Below the pieces are notes generated by a model. It did not search any database and was not told the origin of the DNA. It saw nothing but the letters and a program-made list of their open reading frames with translations. Shown here piece after piece: positions 56,110 to 64,000 of a DNA stretch of 64,000 bases. The stretch's first letter is position 1. Every line of letters begins with the position of its first letter. Position numbers and translations under genes: made by a program. The DNA is from the human T2T-CHM13v2.0 reference genome, Homo sapiens: assembly GCF_009914755.1 (NCBI RefSeq), contig NC_060941.1; one strand, 5' to 3'.

Positions 56110-56523
56110 CTTGGTTTATTCCATCAAGGTTTCATTATGCACAGACAGAGGAGGAGCTCAGTCCTTGTGGCAGCTGCTTTCCTAATGAAGACTGGGGCCC
56201 TGCTCAGTCCTTCCCACTCCCTCTTGCTGAGGATGTATGTCCCCACCCTTTTCTTGATGAATGTGAGGGCCAGATCTCCCGTGGATATTTGGAACAGCTC
56301 CGCGGGCAAGTTGCTGGCTTGTTTCAGGTGAAGCCCACGCTTCTCAGATCACGCCCCACAAGAACCTGGTGTGCTTGGCACCATGCCTGCCAGGGGGCTG
56401 TGCTTTGTCTTGCTCTCCCTCTTGGTCACCTTATGACCCTTGTTGAGGCCCACAGGGAGTACCAAGCCATGGCTGGGCCTACCCTGTGGCCCTGGGGGTC
56501 CGGATGGCAGTGGACACCCTCTT
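56110..56523 (-). pseudogene. Old processed pseudogene of ribosomal protein L36 (RPL36/eL36)
   Basis: Minus strand reads AGCCATGGCT (ATG 56470)...[11 protein letters not shown]...[16 protein letters not shown]..LS...RKAAA..AAGGACTGA (stop 56160-56158). This matches RPL36 ([44 protein letters not shown]). Intronless, frameshifted, with TGA at 56346-56344 and AATAAA at 56120-56115. Confidence 0.9.
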
Positions 56524-57461
56524 GTTAGCTTTTTAGATGTTAGCTGTAGATTTTGTTGTAGTTTTATGTAGTCAGTAGCAGATCAGATAAAATACAGAGT
56601 TCACATGTGATTCACTCCTTCCTTTATCTCATTCCTTCCATCTGAGGTTACGTTCCTTCTGCCTGAAGTAGTTACTTCAGGCTGAGGTAATTGATGTGAG
56701 CCACTGTGCCTGGCATCTATCTGTTTATCTGTCGTTTCCTAAGAATTTCCTAAGAAAAGGGTCTTTGGTAGCAAATGATTTTAGGTTCTATTTGTTTGAT
56801 ATTCCTCCTCCTCCTCTCCTCCTCTTCCTCCTTCTTCTCCTTTGTTCTTTATAGATATTTTCAGTGGGTATAGAGTTCTAGGTTGATGGTAATTTCCTCA
56901 GCACATTGAAGGTATTATTCCATCATCATCTTACTTTTATTGTTGCTCTTGAGAAATCAGCTGTCAATCAAATTGTTTCAGGCTGAAGTTTTCTGACTCT
57001 TTTGTCTGTTTCTTTTCTTTTCTTTTTTTTTTTTTTTTGAGATGGAGTTTCGCTCTTGTTGCCCAGGCTGGAGTGCAATGGCATGAATCTCAGCTCACTG
57101 CAACCTCCACCTCCTGGGTTCAAGCAATTCTGCTTCAGCCTCCCAAGTAGCTGGGATTACAGGCGCCTGCCACCACGCTCAGCTAATTTTTTGTATTTTT
57201 AGTAGAGATGGGGTTTTGCCATGTTGTCTAGGCTGGTCTTGAATGCCTGACCTCAAGCAATCTACCCGCCTCGGCCTCCCAAAGTGTTGGGATTACAGGT
57301 ATAAGCCACTGCGCCCAGCCTCTTTTGTCTGTTTCTAAGATCTAGTCTCTGTCTTCAGTGCTCTGCAATTTTATTATAATGTGTTGAAATGTGGATTTCC
57401 TTTTATTTCTGTTATGAAGTTACTGAGGTTCTTGAATCTGGGTATCTTATTTTCCATTTAT

Positions 57462-57568
57462 TTTCTTTCTTTCCCTTCCTCTCTCTCTTTCTTTCCCTTC
57501 CTCTCTCTCTTTCTCCCTTCCTTCTCCCCTCCCTTCCCCTGCCCTCCCCTTTCTTTTTCTTTTTTTTT
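57462..57568. repeat. Polypyrimidine (CT-rich) tract, degenerate Alu tail
   Basis: About 100 bp almost purely C/T, abutting an antisense Alu. Confidence 0.85.
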
Positions 57569-57593
57569 GACAAGGCCTTGCTCTGTTACCTAG

Positions 57594-57701
<108 letters not shown>

Positions 57702-58748
57702 TGACACCTGGCTAATTTTTGTGTTTTTGCAGACACTAGGTCTCACTATGTTGCCTAGGCTGGTCTCAAACTCCTGGCCTCAAGCAATCCTCCTGCCTTG
57801 GCCTCCCAAAGTGCTGGGATTACAGGTGTGAGCCCATAATCCCAGCAGTGAGATTACAGATACAGTGCCCGGCTCATTTTCCATTTATTTTTCTCACTGT
57901 GCTGTCATCTGCATCATTTCTTTCACTCTGTTTTCTCTGCTTTTTTTCACCCCTTCTTCCTCTGAACTGCCTTCTCTTTTCAGTTGTGTCTAACCTGCTA
58001 TTAAATCTGTCCAATGAATTTAAAATTTTTATTACTATATTTTTCATCTCCAGAATTCTATTTTTTTTAAAAAAAACTGCTTGGTCATTTGTATATTCTT
58101 TTATTATTAATTCCATTTGTCTGTCTTTCTTTCTTTTTCTTTTTCTTTTTTTTTTTTGAGACAGAGTCTTGCTCTGTCACCCAGGCTGGAGTGCGGTGGC
58201 ACCATCTGGGTTCACTGCAACCTCCGCAGTCCCGGGATTAAGCGATTCTCCTGCCTCAGCCTCCCGAGTAGCTGGAACTACAGGCATGCACCACCATGCC
58301 CAACTAATTTTTGTATTTTTAGTAGAGACAGGGTTTCACCATGTTGGCCAGGATGGTCTCCATCTCTTGACTTCGTGATCTGTCCACCTCGGCCTCCCAA
58401 AGTGTTGGGATTACAGGTGTGAGCCACCATGCCTGGCCTCATTTTTATTTCTTAAAAGCTCTAAAATAGTAATTTTATGTCATGTTTCTGATAATTTCTA
58501 TATCTACAGTCTTTGTAGGTCTGATTCTGCTGTCTATATTTCTGCTTCTTTTGCTCATGGTGCCTAGTTTGTTTCGGTTTTGTGATTTTTGATTCTGTGG
58601 CTATTTTTATCAAAACTATATGTGGGAATTTTTTGAGGCCTGAGATAAAGGTGGGTTCTTCTAGAGAGAATTGCATATGCTTCTTCTAGCACTTTAGGTA
58701 CTTAGGACCACTTTGTTTTATTTTATTTATTTATTTATTTATTTTTGA

Positions 58749-58982
<234 letters not shown>

Positions 58983-59050
58983 TGATCCACTTGCCTTGGC
59001 CTCCCAAAGTGCTGAGATTATAGGCGTGAGCCACCACACCTGGCCCTTAG

Positions 59051-59368
<318 letters not shown>

Positions 59369-60867
59369 TAGCCAGGATGGTCTCGATCTCCCAACCTCGT
59401 GATCCACCCGCCTCAGCCTCCCAAAGTGCTGGGGTTACAGGCGTGAGCCACCACACCTGGCCCTTTTTCACTTTTATGTAGTACCAAGAACCAAGGCCAT
59501 TTTGGCTATAGCCCCTTGTGGTCAGATGTATTTCTAGTTTAGCCTAATAGTAAGGGTATAGCTTTAGGGTCTCACCTGTGTGAGAGAATATGCAATTAGA
59601 ATCTCCATCTTGGGCAGACCTTGAGTTCTGTCTTCTGTCCCTGGAGCTCCTTAAGGTCTTAAAAACTGAAAGCTACTGGTTTGGCAATTGCTCTGTTTAT
59701 CTCTCTGGGTATCTGTTGTCACATGGTTTGGCTGAATATTCCTTACTTTCATTCATTTATTTAGAGGAAGATATTTTTAGTATTTGATCCAGAATTTTTA
59801 GTTGTTTTCAGCACGAGGATCAGTTAGGGCGCCTGGGTCAATTACACCATCTGAGGGGGACGTCTGGTTCCCCCTCACTTATTTTTCAATAATATCCTTA
59901 AAGTTTCTTTAGATAACTCTCAGGTCTATATGTGCATTGGTTCCAAAACCTTTGTACATAGCTTTATATTATTGTTTCCTTTCAATACCATGTCCTTTAA
60001 GTATGACACATACACAGTGAATTTTAGCATGTGAAACTGATATATTTGGCTGATGAAGAATTACATAATGTTAGGCAGAGAAAAAGATTTCAAGGGCAGC
60101 TGAGGTCTGCAATGTTCATGAAGTTTTGGATTTTTCTTTTTTGTGTGCCTCCTGTTTTCTCTTATGTTTTAAACTTTAATTTTGAAATACTCCTAAATAG
60201 CCCTGTTTATTTTCCTTGTTAACATTTCTGGTAAACAGAACAGTTTAATGTTTATCAAAGGAATGTTTTTAAGGACAGCATGATCACATTGGATAGTCTC
60301 CATTTTCAGCGAGTCTGGCTTTGAAGCACATAATAGAAACATTTTGAACATCTGATTCTCCACATTTCACCAGAGACTAGGCTTTATTTTCTGTGAATGC
60401 ACCGATTATGGCAGCAAGAGTCAAGAAAACACAGCGAAGAGGAACTCAAACCTCTCCCCTTCCATTTCTCAGCTTGAAAGGGCTTTTCTTTTTCTCAGTT
60501 TTTTCTATTTCCTAAAGCCTTCTCTGACCAGCCTGGGGGAAGCCATCTCCCCTCCCCCTGAAAGCAAACGAGATGGTGCTCTTCTCACTCTCAGTACCAT
60601 CCTCCCACAGGACCCCCTCAAGCTCTATGTCTTCTCCTACATCACTTTCTCTCTCCTGCCTCTCTGGCCTCTCCTCACCGCCTTTTCTTTTCTATTTTTG
60701 CCATTTTTAAAAAATTTTTTGAGACAGTCTTGCTCTGTCGCCCTGGCTGGAGTGCAGTGGTGTGATCTTGGCTTACTGCAACCTCTGCCTCCCGGGTTCA
60801 AGCTATTCTTGTGACTCAGCCACCTAAGTAGCTGGGATTACAGGAGCATGCCACAATGCCCAGCTAA

Positions 60868-61618
<751 letters not shown>

Positions 61619-61619
61619 T

Positions 61620-62660
61620 AAATGCCAGTGCTCCTCCAGGCTGTGTGAGAGGCCCTTTTCTCTTCTCCTTCCAAACACTCATCCCCACTGGTGGCTCATG
61701 TTGGTGACTTATGTTGATGACTCACAAAGATTATCTCTAGGTCGGCCTCCCCAGGAGCTCCAGACCTCTGTCTCCAAGTGGACACCTCCACCTGGATGTC
61801 CCATAGGCTTCTCAACTCAATGTGTCCTGAACTTATTTGCTACCCAACTCCCCATCCTCACTAATATCTGCTTTTCTTCCTGCTTCTGTTCAAGCCAGAA
61901 CCTGGAAATCATCCTAGACCCTTCCTTTCCCTATTTCCTCATCTCATTCTTCCTCTAAGGCTGACCAGTTCTTTCTTCACAGACAGATAGTCATTATCTG
62001 TTCCATTACAAATGCCACTGCCCCTTCCAGGCCCTCCCCTTTTCTTGCCCAGGCCACTGTATTTGCATCTTAACTAGTCTCCCTGCCTCCCATAACATCC
62101 TCCTTGAATCCATCCTCTGCACTACCTCCAGGGGACCTCCAGAGTGAGTGTTCTAGAATGCAAATCTGATATCTTTCCCTTGATCAAAACGCCTCACTGG
62201 TTTAAAAGGAAGGAATTAGAATTCTTCAGGGTGGCTGCCATGTTCCTCCCACCCCCATCTTGGCACACTCCTCTCCTGTACCCAGCCACGCCTACCCTGT
62301 GTTCCAGCGGAGTGAATTGCTCACAGTTCCCAAAGGCCCCAGGCTCTTGCACACAAACCTCCTTCGCTGGGAGTGGACTTCCTCTTGCCGCCGCCCACTT
62401 AGCCGGGTCATTGCGGTTTTTCCTTCCAGGCTCAGCCCAAACATCGCCTCTTCTGGAAAGCCTCCCTTGAATCCCACTCCTCTCCCTTCCCCGGTCTGAA
62501 AAAGTGTCCTCCTCTGTGCACATTATGTTTTGGGGCATTTTTGCCAGTAGAAGGAAGCTCAGTCTCCTGGGCTTTGAGCTCCTTGAGGGCAGGAGCCTCT
62601 ATCGGTCCCTTCTGGGCTCTCAGGCACCTCACACGGTGCTGACACAACAGGTGCTTGACC
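61620..62660 (+). mobile_element. L2 fragment
   Basis: CTCCACCTGGATGTCCCATAGGC.TCTCAACTCAA.GTGTCC; CTGGAAATCATCCT.GAC; AATGCAAATCTGAT; ends TGAGCTCCTTGAGGGCAGG...CACGGTGCTGACACA.CAGGTGCT. Confidence 0.75.
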
Positions 62661-63179
62661 CCAAGTTCTTCTGTTGATGAGCGAGGTGATCTTGGGTAAA
62701 TCATTTAACCTCCTTACATTTTAGTAGAGATAAATGTACTCTACCTCCCACCGGATTAAATAAGATAGAGTGTATAAAAATACTTTGGAGATTGCATTTC
62801 ATTGCTTTTCAAATGTGAGGACTTCTTATTACCATGGATGTGCAACTTCAATTAGTGTGCTTTAGAAAAATGTACTCTGTTCATTTCCCCCTCCTTCTCC
62901 GGGGCCTTCTCCGCTCCACCAAATGCCCTCTGCCTCCTTCCTTTCCCATCTGGCTGTTTTCTTCTTTTCCACCTACAAATCCATTCTCAGCTCACCCATT
63001 CTAAAAACAAGTCTTCCTCCCATCCCTCCTCCCCCTCGAGCCACAGTCCTTCCTTTCTTCCCCCCATTGCTGCCAAAGCCCTTCAAAGAGTGTTTTACTG
63101 GCGGCTTCCGGATCTCACCACCCACTTCTTTCTTAATCGGCACAATCTGGATCCGCCCTCAGCACGTCACAGTCCGTGG

Positions 63180-64000
<821 letters not shown>

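Noticed and set aside
62144-62704. Several overlapping 60-115 aa ORFs on both strands
   Set aside because: They lie within an L2 remnant and show no protein family resemblance.

Overview
Primate genomic DNA, almost certainly human 17q12, and extremely Alu-dense (roughly a hundred Alu copies or fragments, plus old L1M, L2, MIR, MaLR LTRs and MER DNA transposons). The left 27 kb holds the 5' part of the meiotic F-box gene FBXO47 on the minus strand. Eight coding exons (codons 1-361, 1083 nt) join in frame with canonical GT-AG boundaries. A putative non-coding first exon and a small GC-rich promoter lie at about 27.1-27.65 kb, and the last coding exons lie left of the window. The right 37 kb is repeat-dominated intergenic DNA containing an old RPL36 processed pseudogene (minus strand, about 56.1-56.5 kb). 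Almost all ORFs in the track are Alu- or (TA)n-derived artefacts. I found no clear new multi-gene system. The most notable unexplained structures are: a diverged ~100-bp tandem duplication forming the FBXO47 proximal promoter; a 1.9-kb AT-only compound satellite inside a nested Alu in intron 6; three local copy/conversion events whose donor and recipient are 1.2-1.4 kb apart, plus junction scars resembling polymerase-theta repair; inverted Alu pairs tightly flanking frame-shifting exon 6; and an AATAAA embedded in the exon 9 acceptor. Exon numbers assume one non-coding first exon. Repeat coordinates and subfamily calls are by eye and approximate.
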